From sequence record DRR723986_4815: a stretch of 64,000 nt of DNA. One strand, written 5' to 3'. The notes beneath the pieces are model-generated. The model saw only the letters and a program-made list of their open reading frames with translations. It had not been told where the DNA came from and ran no database searches. The position numbers and the translations under genes are program-made. Shown in pieces: positions 29,901 to 36,934 of the stretch (positions are counted from its first letter, which is position 1; the number at the start of each line of letters is the position of its first letter).

Positions 29901-31303
29901 TCGAGGATTCGTTCAGCACCACTGAAGACAGTAGTCTCCTTGTGCTTGCGACCGGGTTGCTGCGAAATGACACCGACGTTGACTTGCCACTGGATTCGCT
30001 CTCGGTTGTTGCTGGCGATGTCGTTACAGACGCTGGTGTCACGGTGACGCTAAACGCTAACGGCTCGTTCACTTACGATGCGACCAGTCAAGAAGAATTC
30101 CAGCAGTTGCAAGCGGGCCAAAGTGTCTTTGACCGCTTCACTTACACCATTGAAGATACTGCTGGCGAAGTCAGCCTGCCCGGCACGGTGACCATTCGGG
30201 TAGACGGACTCGACGACGCTCCGGTAGCCAATGATGATACGTTCTCCATTGGCGTTGGTGGCGGCCGAGATCTGCCAGTACTCGCCAACGATACAGACGT
30301 TGATTCGACCATCGATCCGCAAACGATCGAGATCACTGCTAGCCCTGCGTTTGGTAGTGTTGAAGTCAATGACTTGGGCGTCGTTCGTTACACGCCAGAT
30401 GCTGGGTTCCGTGGTGCGGATACATTCCGCTACACCGTCCGAGACAGCTCGGGGAATGTCTCCAACGAAGCTATTGTGACGGTAAATGTCAACAGTGCTC
30501 CGGTTGCTGTTGATGATTCAGCGATCACAGTCAAGAACGAAGCGATCGAGATCGACGTCATCGGCAATGATAGTGATATCGATGGTACGATTGATCCGGA
30601 TTCGATCCAGATTGAACAACAGCCTGTCAACGGAGTTGTTGAGGTTCTGGGTGACGGAACGGTTCGATTCACACCGAGTACTGATTTCTCCGGTCTTGCT
30701 ACTTTCGCCTATAGCGTTCGCGACAATGTTGGAACTCCGTCAAATGTGGCTAGTGTCAACGTCCAAGTGCTGAACAGTAGATGGCAGAATCCTTCCGAGT
30801 TCCTCGACGTGAACGCGGACGGTGCAGTCTCGCCAATTGATGCGTTGATCCTGATCAACTATCTCAATTCCGGCGCGGAAACTCAACTTCCGTTGACTGA
30901 CATCGAGCCAGCTCCATTCTTGGATCCGAACGGTGACGAAGTAGTGACACCATCGGATGTGCTGCTGATCATCAACTTCTTGAATGCAAATTCAGCCGGT
31001 GGTGAGGGCGAAGGTTCAGTGGACTACGCAATGATGGTGACACCGCAGCAAGTAATTGAAACGGTGGGTCCACTGATTGTGAAGGAGATCGAAGCTGAGC
31101 TTGAGGCAGCCCGCATGGCTATCCTAGCCGAGGGCGAAGCGGACGAGCTAGAAAGTGCGATGCCTGTCGACTTCAGCGATCTTGATGACGATGAAGGCAT
31201 GTTGGACGCACTGACCTGTTCGCATGACGAATCGGAGAAGACTGACTTTGATGCAGCCTTGGATGATTTCTACAGCGGCATCGGACCAAAGCGACCGAAG
31301 TAA
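11945..31303 (+). CDS. Giant 6452-aa extracellular protein with planctomycete N-terminal motif, matrixin/M10-like metalloprotease, PPC-like, beta-helix, propeller-like insert, GEVED, about 16 cadherin/Ig-like repeats and dockerin-like C-terminus
   Basis: ATG preceded by ggaaggt. RRVILETLERRELLA at the N-terminus; HEIGHGIGLGH plus TKLMEP Met-turn; VFVDK..DGSAAAPFSTIPAAL beta-helix cap; GGEVEDH; repeated (V/I)NDAP.F; DVNADGAVSPIDALILINYLN. Confidence 0.95.
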   Translation: MASHFSSRNIFSSSTSQTTEQKRSHLRRVILETLERRELLAYDLGSAVYSPGTPSDYIDGIEGRFVRGSGNSNAFFDLNSRWTNPTGGPSPNQGDPATITWSIVPDGTQAPDLNSALGASNLVQFMDAIYGAGDGGAIQDRPWFNIFERAYGTWSDLTGLNFVYEPMDDGAAYSNTSRGVSGVRGDVRIGGRGMDGNGGVLAFNYTPANGGDVGFDGDMVIDTAGNDILNAADGPNGENRYLFNILMHEIGHGIGLGHVRPVNQTKLMEPFASSAFLGAQLDDILGGHELYGDRLENNDTQGTATDLGDLLNGRTGVDALSANRANDEDWFEFAVSSRGEITIAVTPTGEQYRVGNTTDGSDGTESDTDSLRYLDLNFELYDAFGTQLATVNASGLGEAETTALELPEGGSYFLKVAGTGAAHIGPQMYDLDFLLNGFTTGFASGQPRLLSIAPNSGDIFSFNETNALDAAPTELVFRFDGAESIDPATLSGGLRVTRAGGDGTFGDGNEEIIVPGFVGLGDNDRIAILRFATTLKDDLYRVEVFGEDGVEPGVVAVKSPAGIPIEPRAIDSTRDDLTRDSIDFNLELGALVQAVVPQPVERADDGSLVPQRDTIRVYFNDDDLHDSFVTTGDAGAPTVVDPQFYQLILTNDTVQPGDDQVFMPTSITYDPETDIAELTFSAPIDQLAGAGTYRLRVGGQDEVVSVANPGNVEILDPADDPSGFASGAQDLGAINSAFSAIINESIETTDGDVLPLDYPGSPLEPGQRDIQDEAHVAFTGSDADPGIRTIQYNFALDRSYGVDAQGRPTNTSITSDQIARVREALEFYSRSLGVDFVETQDSGLTIVVGDTFPFGVSGSGDNGFFDRQSNIVVMDAGRDWDNSFAQRVDSSDTTDYFLPAVIREIGRSLGLGYTFDLPEGTFLGSEDELDNRNKGLRFGQEWNFPGDADIVHGRFLHRPDNRDVDTYRFQIEAGQTAQVVAETIAERLPDSSNLDTHLTLFRRTANGFEVVAQNNDKVSSDSLIELELTEGEYFLSVTGRGNEDFNIEVDNTGSGATSQGRYQLRLDITPVAESIVDTSGTPIDGDGDGIAGGNFNFWFRTAAPIDEAAFGEAKTVFVDKDNSGAEDGSAAAPFSTIPAALAVVAPGDIVRVIGSEGLDGEISTTDDNPAYEIGRGGVGNGVLEDGLTLDVPQGVTVMIDGGAIFKLGASRISTGSLNASTNNSFSALQVLGVPGNDVLFTSYNDEALGVDTNPLSTTARSGDWGGLDFRNDVDLAEGRGAHELNGVFLNYVSHADIRYGGGQVTVTIPNRVVSPISMSEARPTLLNNKINLGADAAMSADPNSFEETRFTHPRFQLAESFKPDYVRVGPDIRGNTLTDNSTNGLFVRTSTAPGQPLTTLEVAGRFDDTDIVHVLGENLIVNGTPGGAVLEEVAPDVSLTQRASVTGGTLTVGSSVEYKVTFVDAFGGVSVPSASTPALTLTDTAVDLQQLPRATGDFVGRRLWRSTDGGLFTLVAELDGDTLSFTDTGQDLQAVLNDPNTAALQRARLNGRLQIDPGIIVKSSGSRIEAGIGAQIIAEGSSANPVVFTSRFDDSYGAAGTFDTNNDSAGTNPGAGDWAGIVARHLSSLSLDNVLVTYAGGPSSISGSTAAFNAVEIHQADARIANSTFQMNQSGIITDASRDGRGPNEASVVFVTGSQPTIINNVFRDNSVAGTAAISINANALDSVSRSDMGRQTGAADRLPSGVGNKGPLVSGNLLSDNSINGLRVRGQTLTTESVWDDTDIVHVLQSEIVIPDLHTYGGLRLQSRSDESLVVKLEGASAGFTALGRPLDIEDRIGGTLQIVGQPGFPVFLTSLSDDSVGAGFDPTGVALVDTNNDGPSAGAPGNWRSIRLEPYANDRNVNILVENETDQIQETGTNDSTIFAEDIGALASTLSGGDENLRLGVTVDGTIAAPQDLDVYTFLGTAGVPVWIDIDRTSGGLDTVVELLDPNGNILAQSDNSLRETEGTANRFVSDNGAQILPEQVLPLTQQNQFYPDLDGNGVVDDEVHSNDDLYSTNPLDAGMRLVLPGAVGETNQYFIRVRSSNVGPGQDSSRLQDDLLERDGLSQGSYRLQVRMQEADEFAGATVRYADIRFATNGIEARGMPTSSQLLGTLSTAASTTLDLGNIANSDRGSVTVAGSIDTPNATNTFDFEIRRDSVKPGNGGHIATTFDIDYADGFGRPNTRLWVFNRDSGELVLIGTDSNIADDQGAPLNGVDVDDLSRGSAGTRDAFIGTVELPEGNYRAIVTNDSRIIQEFDQFQVANATNPNLRLEPVNSIQRISVDRFENPSTETALPAVQTLFPNNGVSNANAVPWTLADVSAYTVSSNSLVQLANAHTGAREALLSTANRTITDAALRPDGTFVGFALPNGNVTDANSGDFLNLDVEGTPNSNVVPTITTTFGNHGIQTFTTQQSAFGGNPAFAVQQRDQVPDANNQPLGDGIQFNGLTYFHTSDNGLRMFGVGSRGNGQAGFRTPTFDANGAVNGISNTVVLNGTNVVYRLDPNSGQAINRDGFANRAAPAVANGNHAGTQIVEFGRFLSGDDADQFTAGTVTGLAQVGGNLFAVSDLGEFFATSIGGLGTGAMTGQVTRVFGDNIMRGVPELTTIIDPETNQPVAFTGLTSGPRNLENERFANILFGTTSDGSIYAFNTAGELQPVFPGFSYKTRTDGGDGIGNGIVGLDFSPLDVNLWHQTNRRSGDAGHGRPATFDNSQLNDRPGGQSLYFGFDPQRVEGDWTGAYNVAAFDNTVDLPGGARGAIVSQALDLSGYSANDLPMLYFNYFLATTDTNEDITTQQRMQDAFRVYGAGEDGQWRLLATNNTPSDAGANRLNGRDEFDFNGGNVDPFGNRIRTQELFDNTGNWRQARTSLSAFAGQDNVRIRFEFSTGATFNTGDPVRGGVEVVTVSADRTSDGDYFKITPQNGVSDVGRKAIEFDHGLVLNLPSAASLVDGVSTISIDGTDVVFSLTDNTGSMIQYAEGDSPSQIAEKVEARLPAIIAGVQVAINPERPGVIGVLGLAANDFVVPNYSVSELSGDVISSLPGAADHVIETPAGPTLQFLEGFGAPVQITVNDVVYTFRQNGNAANDIQYDPAATSFDIAQLLFDRLQADLALIQFASENVQLVPETDIIKLYDAPGGTYDDSLSSIIYSVDSVELAQDLSSNGVRDAVRQRLADTYTNPFSVGLGGNPLDAWPLLGAQGHGIRVHQFTISDTSPGGLDTSGLGVTGSRVGDAFGVEKGALSDRDEQTQSNAIEGVYIDDIIVGLAERGEMVLSSAGGQTQVDNQHYEDFPGFNEVETGPYQLTVRTSAEYGIGGGTNFSLSPLVGARAFTSNDRLGQELGIQVRQDAAGQIVDGVTFSLSDGGVPVTFEFDVTSGLDDLASGVEAGNIPVAINASDNTVQIANAILSAINSPASQLVLDLTASLEMRDTPNGRLPVVALHGEAAADESGAFTFAQETFLEPVIWGVETGFGQDTADSERERAQGQLLLVANTITDSSQWGIEITTGTRSQGFGDVGNRPYPGAPINLPTLNTDSLAPGVVVINNIIASNDTGGINIAGDPAADAPVQIARVLNNTIYGDGSGTGIQISGDASPTIMNNILASNANGVTGPAGSTAIVIANTFQDNGTNSSGVSLGSFNQSLGSAEPLFVNTTNRRFYLAEGSPAIDASLEALQERPELAQVRNALSLPVSPMLAPDLDVTGQRRVDDPTANSPAGLGGNVFKDRGAVDRSDFIGLEAVILQPQDNDALQVDQDRTTTYIQLQEGTLEFFSILLLDRNGTGPDPSTVLSRAVTLTENGRLLQAGNDYIFGYNANSRTIQLTPVAGIWRSDSVYEITLANADSFTLDVSDGGIAQDGETFTITRGATTNVFELDSDGNVADGSIAVPFTIDSTEYEIALQLMSAINNSGMAVRSYLQGDGAVTVSGATDVVSAGATVVTRPVGGISDLAGNPLFANRVNSLTQFTIVMPDVSVDYGDASFDAEGRSYPTVATDATGQRTLDPTRNALLPVDVPLLALGAFSDGEVDGQPSVDAQGDDSATTTLASTIAGATVVNTGAILLDVTAAPTDGETFTITDPQLRTATFEFDNDGSIALGNLQVSLPVGATAEDAASAVRDAVNAAVVAGAVGGLWASTNGSQVSLGGSSDHALVTGASLTRLGTGTFDLTIPPAVDDGDTITVSDGRGRTVTFEIDDNPAGGDASVAAGNVPITLDLVSSTPENIAAAAAEAINAAVSARQLVIAPVTVDGPTLRVSGDDEDGVRFDGLFNPNLEPVPVVVTSTGAGVLDAWFDWNADGDFADPGERVVTDLPVQAGENTVLVSTPSIAAVGATFARFRISTTGNLPLGGIGIGGEVEDHLIEIVDGEPPVAVDDNYSVDEDASLTVAAPGVLANDTDSDSPALTVRDQDPLTPAIDAVRAPEHGDLVLNADGSFTYTPDPDFFGEDTFIYYAADERLQSALPATVTITVNPINDAPTAVDDEITILEDEVILRPGSDFTGNDFKGVEGTPSQFNELGQDLEVVAVSIIHPPVGVYGGTVSVIDDQITYVPPAHYNSNIDGPALIQVTIRDSGVAGADEMPIESISTLTINITAVNDAPEFVMPETTTVVEDAGAVVVDNFLTDLRPGPAIATDESDGPAVAFEDQQVSYTVTALDETLFTTLPAIAGSLDPNPGQLTYELAPNVSSADPFPEILVTVTAVDTGLDGGPNNDVNTSETRTFTIIPTPVNDAPEFDILERVASLEDEGVITVTDFMTGIRPGPASATDEADQVLSVVIDADPTAFTAAGFPTIDLETGVLTYETAPHVNQFTGQNFVVEVTLIDDGGTALGGVDRTSKSFTIDVTELNDAPEYDMPSVTSAFQEDPTADPDAPTIVPNFASNIMPGPAAAIDEGPAREDQQVSFVVRAIDAATEALFDPAWLPAIDASGTLTYRLNPDVNEMTPFPTILVEVIASDTGLNDDPSVGANRNINTAETRTFTILPDPINDAPEFTIPATLDAREDQGATTTVDFVTEARPGPVSALDELASQTLTITVEALDPSAFTMTGQPAITLDQATGLGTLTFELAPDVNSLTGHDLGVRVTLQDDGGTVNPGDVDTTIKTFTLVVDDVNDAPSFDIDVPEVTVDEDQEDVVMASPTVIPGFASNIVAGPSTAVDETTIPATQQVLTFETLSVSDPSLFAVDPMITPDGDLVFTTADNQNGTAVVVVRLMDNGDDSSTGEGDENVSTESTFTITLRPINDAPVFSIPDTANSIEDQGLVTIPSFATGMLPGPASATDEAGQQFTVTVTAVDPTAFSVQPTIGADGTLSFQTAQDINSNSGKSLEVTVFLTDDGIAGPLPHRNTSDVQTFTITTTPVNDEPVFTLTQSTVTVIEDVEEFEGTLNTVIPAFATDIAPGPANATDEAGQMVNFEVVSVTAPELFEEAPAIDATTGDLSFKTAQHKNGKSVVVVRLVDDGPNSPAPNDNTSRLQTFTISVTPINDEPEFSLPNQVIVDEDGGLVSRGQFATDVRRGPVGADDENSQLIQFSVVALDPTSFTVQPSIGVDGTLTFQTAEHVNSLNADLRVVATLLDNGASSPVPNDNTSPSQTFTIQVNPVNDAPTTDDYEISGTEDAPLTIQAADVLVGDVAGPTPDELNQNLRITQVARTSQNGGSVVPVFGNPADPTQITSIDYLPPANLAGTDFILYVVTDDGSPERSGTGTITISIDGVNDPPQFTRGADQAAPEDSGEVSIEDWASNILAGPPSAADELAEQTVTFNVAATDTSLFAVQPAISSDGTLTFTPAKDANGSTTVTVQAQDDGASAFPNNNLSPVQTFTIRINPVNDAPVFTAGGDIAVDEDSPTFAGNWATDIAPAAGLLDDPQTATDEATQGVDFIIAVDRPELFAVQPSISSTGELTFTPEADAFGEAVVTATLVDRGPNNAGDENTSTPATFTVTINPINDRPVAVEDSFSTTEDSSLLVLATGLLRNDTDVDLPLDSLSVVAGDVVTDAGVTVTLNANGSFTYDATSQEEFQQLQAGQSVFDRFTYTIEDTAGEVSLPGTVTIRVDGLDDAPVANDDTFSIGVGGGRDLPVLANDTDVDSTIDPQTIEITASPAFGSVEVNDLGVVRYTPDAGFRGADTFRYTVRDSSGNVSNEAIVTVNVNSAPVAVDDSAITVKNEAIEIDVIGNDSDIDGTIDPDSIQIEQQPVNGVVEVLGDGTVRFTPSTDFSGLATFAYSVRDNVGTPSNVASVNVQVLNSRWQNPSEFLDVNADGAVSPIDALILINYLNSGAETQLPLTDIEPAPFLDPNGDEVVTPSDVLLIINFLNANSAGGEGEGSVDYAMMVTPQQVIETVGPLIVKEIEAELEAARMAILAEGEADELESAMPVDFSDLDDDEGMLDALTCSHDESEKTDFDAALDDFYSGIGPKRPK

Positions 31304-31407
31304 GCCTTCCATCTGGCTAGTGCAAACCGTAAGTCGCAAATGGATGCTGCGTACGGTTTGTCGCCTTGGCCGTCTGAGATGACGGCTTTGACATGGAACG
31401 GACGATG

Positions 31408-31444
31408 AAAGACCACCTGACTGTTTGAGTCTCGGTGGTCTTTT
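31408..31444. terminator. Intrinsic, possibly bidirectional, terminator between convergent genes
   Basis: aaagaccacc...ggtggtcttt perfect 10-bp inverted repeat, A-run on the left and T-run on the right, between the giant gene (+) and a small gene (-). Confidence 0.65.
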
Positions 31445-31647
31445 ACGGTTCTGGGGCGAAACGCCTCGGTCGCTGGACGCAGCTATCTAAGGGGATTTTT
31501 TAGCGCTGGACGTGTCTTCCGGTGGCGAGAGTGCAACCGCGTGCTACGAAGGTCTGCGATAGACTGGTGCAGCATGCATTTGCCGCGGGAATCAGCAGGG
31601 AACGAGATAGGGTGGTGTCAACCGATCGAGTTGGCTCGAGCGGACCG

Positions 31648-31866
31648 TCAGACGTCTTCTTGGTCGTCGACAGCAGTTGCCATAACGACCTGAGTTATTT
31701 CCTCTGCTGACATTCCGCGGTCGACGAGCATTTGCTTCAGCTCAACTTCGTTGCGGTGTCGGACGATACCTCGCATGCCTGATACGATGCTTGAAATCGT
31801 CAACCACGAGAAAACACCAACAATTGCAACTACAGGAATGACGAAGGGTGAAGCCAGTATTGCCAT
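31648..31866 (-). CDS. Small single-pass membrane protein (72 aa)
   Basis: N-terminal hydrophobic helix, then RHRNEVELKQMLVDRGMSAEEITQVV. A gaggg RBS-like site lies upstream. Fills the intergenic gap. Confidence 0.75.
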   Translation of the reverse strand: MAILASPFVIPVVAIVGVFSWLTISSIVSGMRGIVRHRNEVELKQMLVDRGMSAEEITQVVMATAVDDQEDV

Positions 31867-31993
31867 CGTTGTTGTTCCCTCGGAATAATAGATGAACTGT
31901 GAAACCCAGTAGACAAGGTTTCCATTGGGTGTCTAGTTTACATGGCCCGGCTCTGCCCACATTCGGGCGCGGCGTCATTCCGAATTCCAGGAC

Positions 31994-33109
31994 GTGGAAA
32001 TGGTTAGTCGAGCAACGCTCTCAATTTCGAACGATGACGCTCAATCTTGGGGAAATTCCCCCGAAAAGGGCCAGGATTGTCAGCTTGAGCAGCAGCCGTC
32101 CCCCCTGGAGATTGGTGGGCTAACGGTTGATCCCCCAATTCTGCAGGCGCCGATGGCTGGGTTTACGAATTTTGCCTACCGGCAGGTCGTTCGTGAGTAC
32201 GGTGGGGTTGGCCTGCAAGCAACCGAGATGGTCAACGCGCGAGGGTTCGTGTGGCTCGACGAACATGAGGCGGAGCATCCAGACCGCCTTTGGGGCGTTA
32301 AGGAAGAGGACCGGCCACTAGCTGTGCAGATCTGGGACAATGATCCAGAGACGATGGCGAAGGTCGGCAAGCGGCTCGTAGAAGAGTACAAAGTAAGCGT
32401 TGTTGATATCAACTTTGGATGTCCGGTCCGCCAGGTAACGCAACGGGCCCACAGTGGATCGTATCTGCTCCGCGAGCCGGCCAGAATGCATGCCATCATT
32501 AGCTCTTTGGTGAAGGCATGTTCTCCCACGCCAGTAACCGCCAAAATCCGTCTCGGCTGCACGCGAAAGAGTGCAAATGCTCCCGAGGTTGCCCGAGTTG
32601 TTGAGGAGGCCGGGGCGGCGGCTTTGACAGTGCATGGACGGACTGCCGAAGATTACTTCAAAGGAAGCGCTGACTGGAATCAGATCTCGGAACTAAAGTC
32701 GCACCTCAAGAACATTCCACTGATCGGCAACGGAGATTTGGACAGTGCTGAGAAAGTAGTTTTCGCTTTTCGCAATTACAATGTAGACGGTGTCATGATA
32801 GCGAGAGCGGCGCTTGGCAGACCGTGGCTATTTGCGCAAGCTGCCGCGGCACTCCGTGGTGAGCCTGTTCCTCCGGATCCTACGCTGGAACAGCAGAAGC
32901 AGTGCATGCTTCGCCATTTCGATTTGGTCGTTCAGCGATTCGGCGTCCAGAAGGGCACTCACTTGATGCGAAAATTTGCGTGTTGTTATGCGCAGGGGCG
33001 GCCGGGGGCGCGGCTCTTTCGAACCAAAGTAGCCAAAGTGGATTCACCTGAGGAGTTCTACGAGATTGTTGAATCCACCTTCCCACGCGACGAAGATGCA
33101 GCCACTTGA
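31994..33109 (+). CDS. dusB: tRNA-dihydrouridine synthase
   Basis: LQAPMAGFT, DINFGCP, LTVHGRT, IGNGD and VMIARAALGRPW motifs. Start uncertain (GTG 31994 or ATG 32000). Confidence 0.92.
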   Translation: MEMVSRATLSISNDDAQSWGNSPEKGQDCQLEQQPSPLEIGGLTVDPPILQAPMAGFTNFAYRQVVREYGGVGLQATEMVNARGFVWLDEHEAEHPDRLWGVKEEDRPLAVQIWDNDPETMAKVGKRLVEEYKVSVVDINFGCPVRQVTQRAHSGSYLLREPARMHAIISSLVKACSPTPVTAKIRLGCTRKSANAPEVARVVEEAGAAALTVHGRTAEDYFKGSADWNQISELKSHLKNIPLIGNGDLDSAEKVVFAFRNYNVDGVMIARAALGRPWLFAQAAAALRGEPVPPDPTLEQQKQCMLRHFDLVVQRFGVQKGTHLMRKFACCYAQGRPGARLFRTKVAKVDSPEEFYEIVESTFPRDEDAAT

Positions 33110-33241
33110 TTTTAGTTTGTCACCTCGCACGGCCCGTAGTTGCATCGGTGTGTGCTGTCTTCGGATGGCTTCATTGCTCTTTAGGGTGTTTGGACAGGGC
33201 CCCTGCAAACAGTTTCGTGATAGCCGCCGCGGAGGTCAGCA

Positions 33242-34375
33242 ATGACAGGCGTCAACGCCCGCGTCGCAGTGCTCACGCACTATCTTCCGCCCTACACAGC
33301 CAGGATCCTGTATCACCTTTCCCGCCAAGTTAGTGAGTGTAAGGTCTTGCTGTCTATCGAGCAGGAGCCGAATCGTGACTTTGGCAACACCTGGGATGGG
33401 CTGGATGTTGAGGTGCAGCAAAGTGTCATGGTTCGCCGCCCGTGGCGCCACGACGCTGGGTTTGCCGAAGATTTGTACGTGCATTTTCCCTACGACACCG
33501 TTTCCCAGTTGAAGCGTTTCAAACCTGACATCGTCTTTTCGTACGAGTTGGGGTTTCGTTCACTGGCAAGCCTCTACTATTGCAAGCGACACGGTGCAAA
33601 ACTGGCCGTGTGCGTGTGTGTCAGTGAGCGTACGGAGATGGGCAGGGGGCGAGCACGGGCTTTTCTGAGGCGAAGAATCCTAAAAGGGGCAGATGCGATT
33701 TCATACAACGGCCCAAGTTGCCTGCGATACCTGAAGCGCTTGTCTGTTCCGGAGACGAAGTGTTTCCACTACCCCTATGCAGCTAGCGATTTGGTCTCCG
33801 TCCCGGAGCAACAGACGAGAACACCGGAGGAGGACTTTCGTTTCTTGTGCGTTGGCAGTCTGACCGAACGAAAAGGAATGATGCCTATGCTGGAGTCTCT
33901 CTCGCGGTACTGTGTCCAGCGGCCGCAACGTGAGATCTTTCTTTCATTGATTGGCGACGGACCGCTGCGGAAACAAATTGAGGCGATGCGGTTGCCAGCG
34001 AATCTGCGCCTGGAAATCTGTGGTCACAAGCAACCGCCTGAGATCCAGCAAACAATGGCCCACGCTGGCATACTTCTCTTCCCGACCATGGCAGATGAAT
34101 GGGGCATGGTCGTTAACGAAGCGATGCAATCCGGAATGCCGGTGCTGGGGAGTGTGCACTCTCAGGCCGTTGAAACGCTCGTGGTGGATGGCAAGAATGG
34201 CTGGCGTTTCGACCCTGCTGAGCCGTCATCGCTGGAAGAGGCGATGGATCGAGTACTGGCCACAGATCGAGGCAGTTTAAGAGAGATGCGGGCCGCAGCA
34301 AGAAATACGGTCGCGAGCATCACGCCTCAGGCATCAGCCGCCAGCGCTGTTGAAGCATTCCGGCGGCTGATTTAA
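33242..34375 (+). CDS. Glycosyltransferase family 4 (GT-B)
   Basis: FLCVGSLTERKG, LIGDGPLR and LLFPTMADEWGMVVNEAMQSGMPV motifs. Confidence 0.9.
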   Translation: MTGVNARVAVLTHYLPPYTARILYHLSRQVSECKVLLSIEQEPNRDFGNTWDGLDVEVQQSVMVRRPWRHDAGFAEDLYVHFPYDTVSQLKRFKPDIVFSYELGFRSLASLYYCKRHGAKLAVCVCVSERTEMGRGRARAFLRRRILKGADAISYNGPSCLRYLKRLSVPETKCFHYPYAASDLVSVPEQQTRTPEEDFRFLCVGSLTERKGMMPMLESLSRYCVQRPQREIFLSLIGDGPLRKQIEAMRLPANLRLEICGHKQPPEIQQTMAHAGILLFPTMADEWGMVVNEAMQSGMPVLGSVHSQAVETLVVDGKNGWRFDPAEPSSLEEAMDRVLATDRGSLREMRAAARNTVASITPQASAASAVEAFRRLI

Positions 34376-34418
34376 AGGCTCAGGAGCGGCATTGAGACAA
34401 GCTCAATGATAGTTTCGA

Positions 34419-34781
34419 CTAGAAGCAGATACGGCGTGTTCCGTACCGCGGAGCTGGAATAAACGCTGGCTGGCTAATCCGACTGATCCCGTAGTACGAG
34501 GTTCGAGGGGCGGAATAGTAGCTTCGGTAAACCGGTGCGCCGTACGAGGAACGGTACAGGGAACGCGAATAGCCGCTTCCGTAGAAGCTTGACCGAGGAG
34601 CTGTGTAGACCCCTGGGAACCCGCGATTGTAAACACCGGGATACCCACCGATGCCAGGGTGGAAACCATTTCCGACTCCAATGCTGATTCCGAATTGCGC
34701 ATTGGCGTCTTTGGTATCAGCGAAGCTCAAGAGTGCGACCGCTACGATGGGCGCTAGGCCCCATTTCAATACAGAATTCAT
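34419..34781 (-). CDS. Small secreted Gly/Tyr/Ser/Arg-rich low-complexity protein
   Basis: Signal peptide ending ANA-Q, then FGISIG and Tyr-rich repeats. Good ggagga RBS upstream on the minus strand. Confidence 0.75.
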   Translation of the reverse strand: MNSVLKWGLAPIVAVALLSFADTKDANAQFGISIGVGNGFHPGIGGYPGVYNRGFPGVYTAPRSSFYGSGYSRSLYRSSYGAPVYRSYYSAPRTSYYGISRISQPAFIPAPRYGTRRICF

Positions 34782-34998
34782 AGAATCCTCCCACGTGAAT
34801 TGGTTCTTCCTCTGGCCGAGGGTGGCTGAGTGAAGTTAAGCGGAAGTAAAGTAATTGCACGTCCTGCGCCAATCGGCTTGGAAACCGCAGGTTGGGCCCT
34901 AAGTCGTTGCAGAGTTTGGGTTTAGGGGCAGTTTCGGCTTGGCCGTTTAGCGATCACCGACATCGAAGTTGGTCTGCGAAAAGCCTGTTTTGATATCA

Positions 34999-35019
34999 CC
35001 GATGTCGAATTGACATCGG
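34999..35019 (-). terminator. Hairpin downstream of ilvD
   Basis: ccgatgtc-gaatt-gacatcgg perfect 8-bp inverted repeat about 20 nt past the ilvD stop. The U-tract is weak. Confidence 0.35.
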
Positions 35020-35039
35020 CGGCCGCGAGCCAAGTGTGA

Positions 35040-36719
<1,680 letters not shown>

Positions 36720-36934
36720 GATTTTGGGTCTCGCCAGACTTGGCAAGCTTGATAGTGAATCGGCTCAGTGATGTTTATCGAGCAACCAAGGCGCATTGCG
36801 ACTGCGGGCTAGCCAAGGCTACAACCCGAAAGTCTACAGCTTGGGTCGCTCAGTGTGTAGGATATAGCGCGGCAGGTGCTAGGAATCTGCGCTTGGATTC
36901 TTAACCGATTGGTCGTGAGGGTGAGGTAGGTTCG

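Noticed and set aside
25150-30780. Stalk repeats as DNA-level repeats, a DGR target or a recombination cassette
   Set aside because: The repeats are highly diverged at the nucleotide level and there is no reverse transcriptase or recombinase in the window.
31318-31362. gcaaaccgt...cgcaaa resembling a c-di-GMP-I riboswitch
   Set aside because: Lacks the GAAA tetraloop and P2 stem arrangement and lies downstream of a gene; better explained as a simple hairpin.
34953-35019. Degenerate repeat atcaccga(ca/tg)tcgaa in two copies downstream of ilvD
   Set aside because: Only two short imperfect copies; insufficient to call a REP family from this window.
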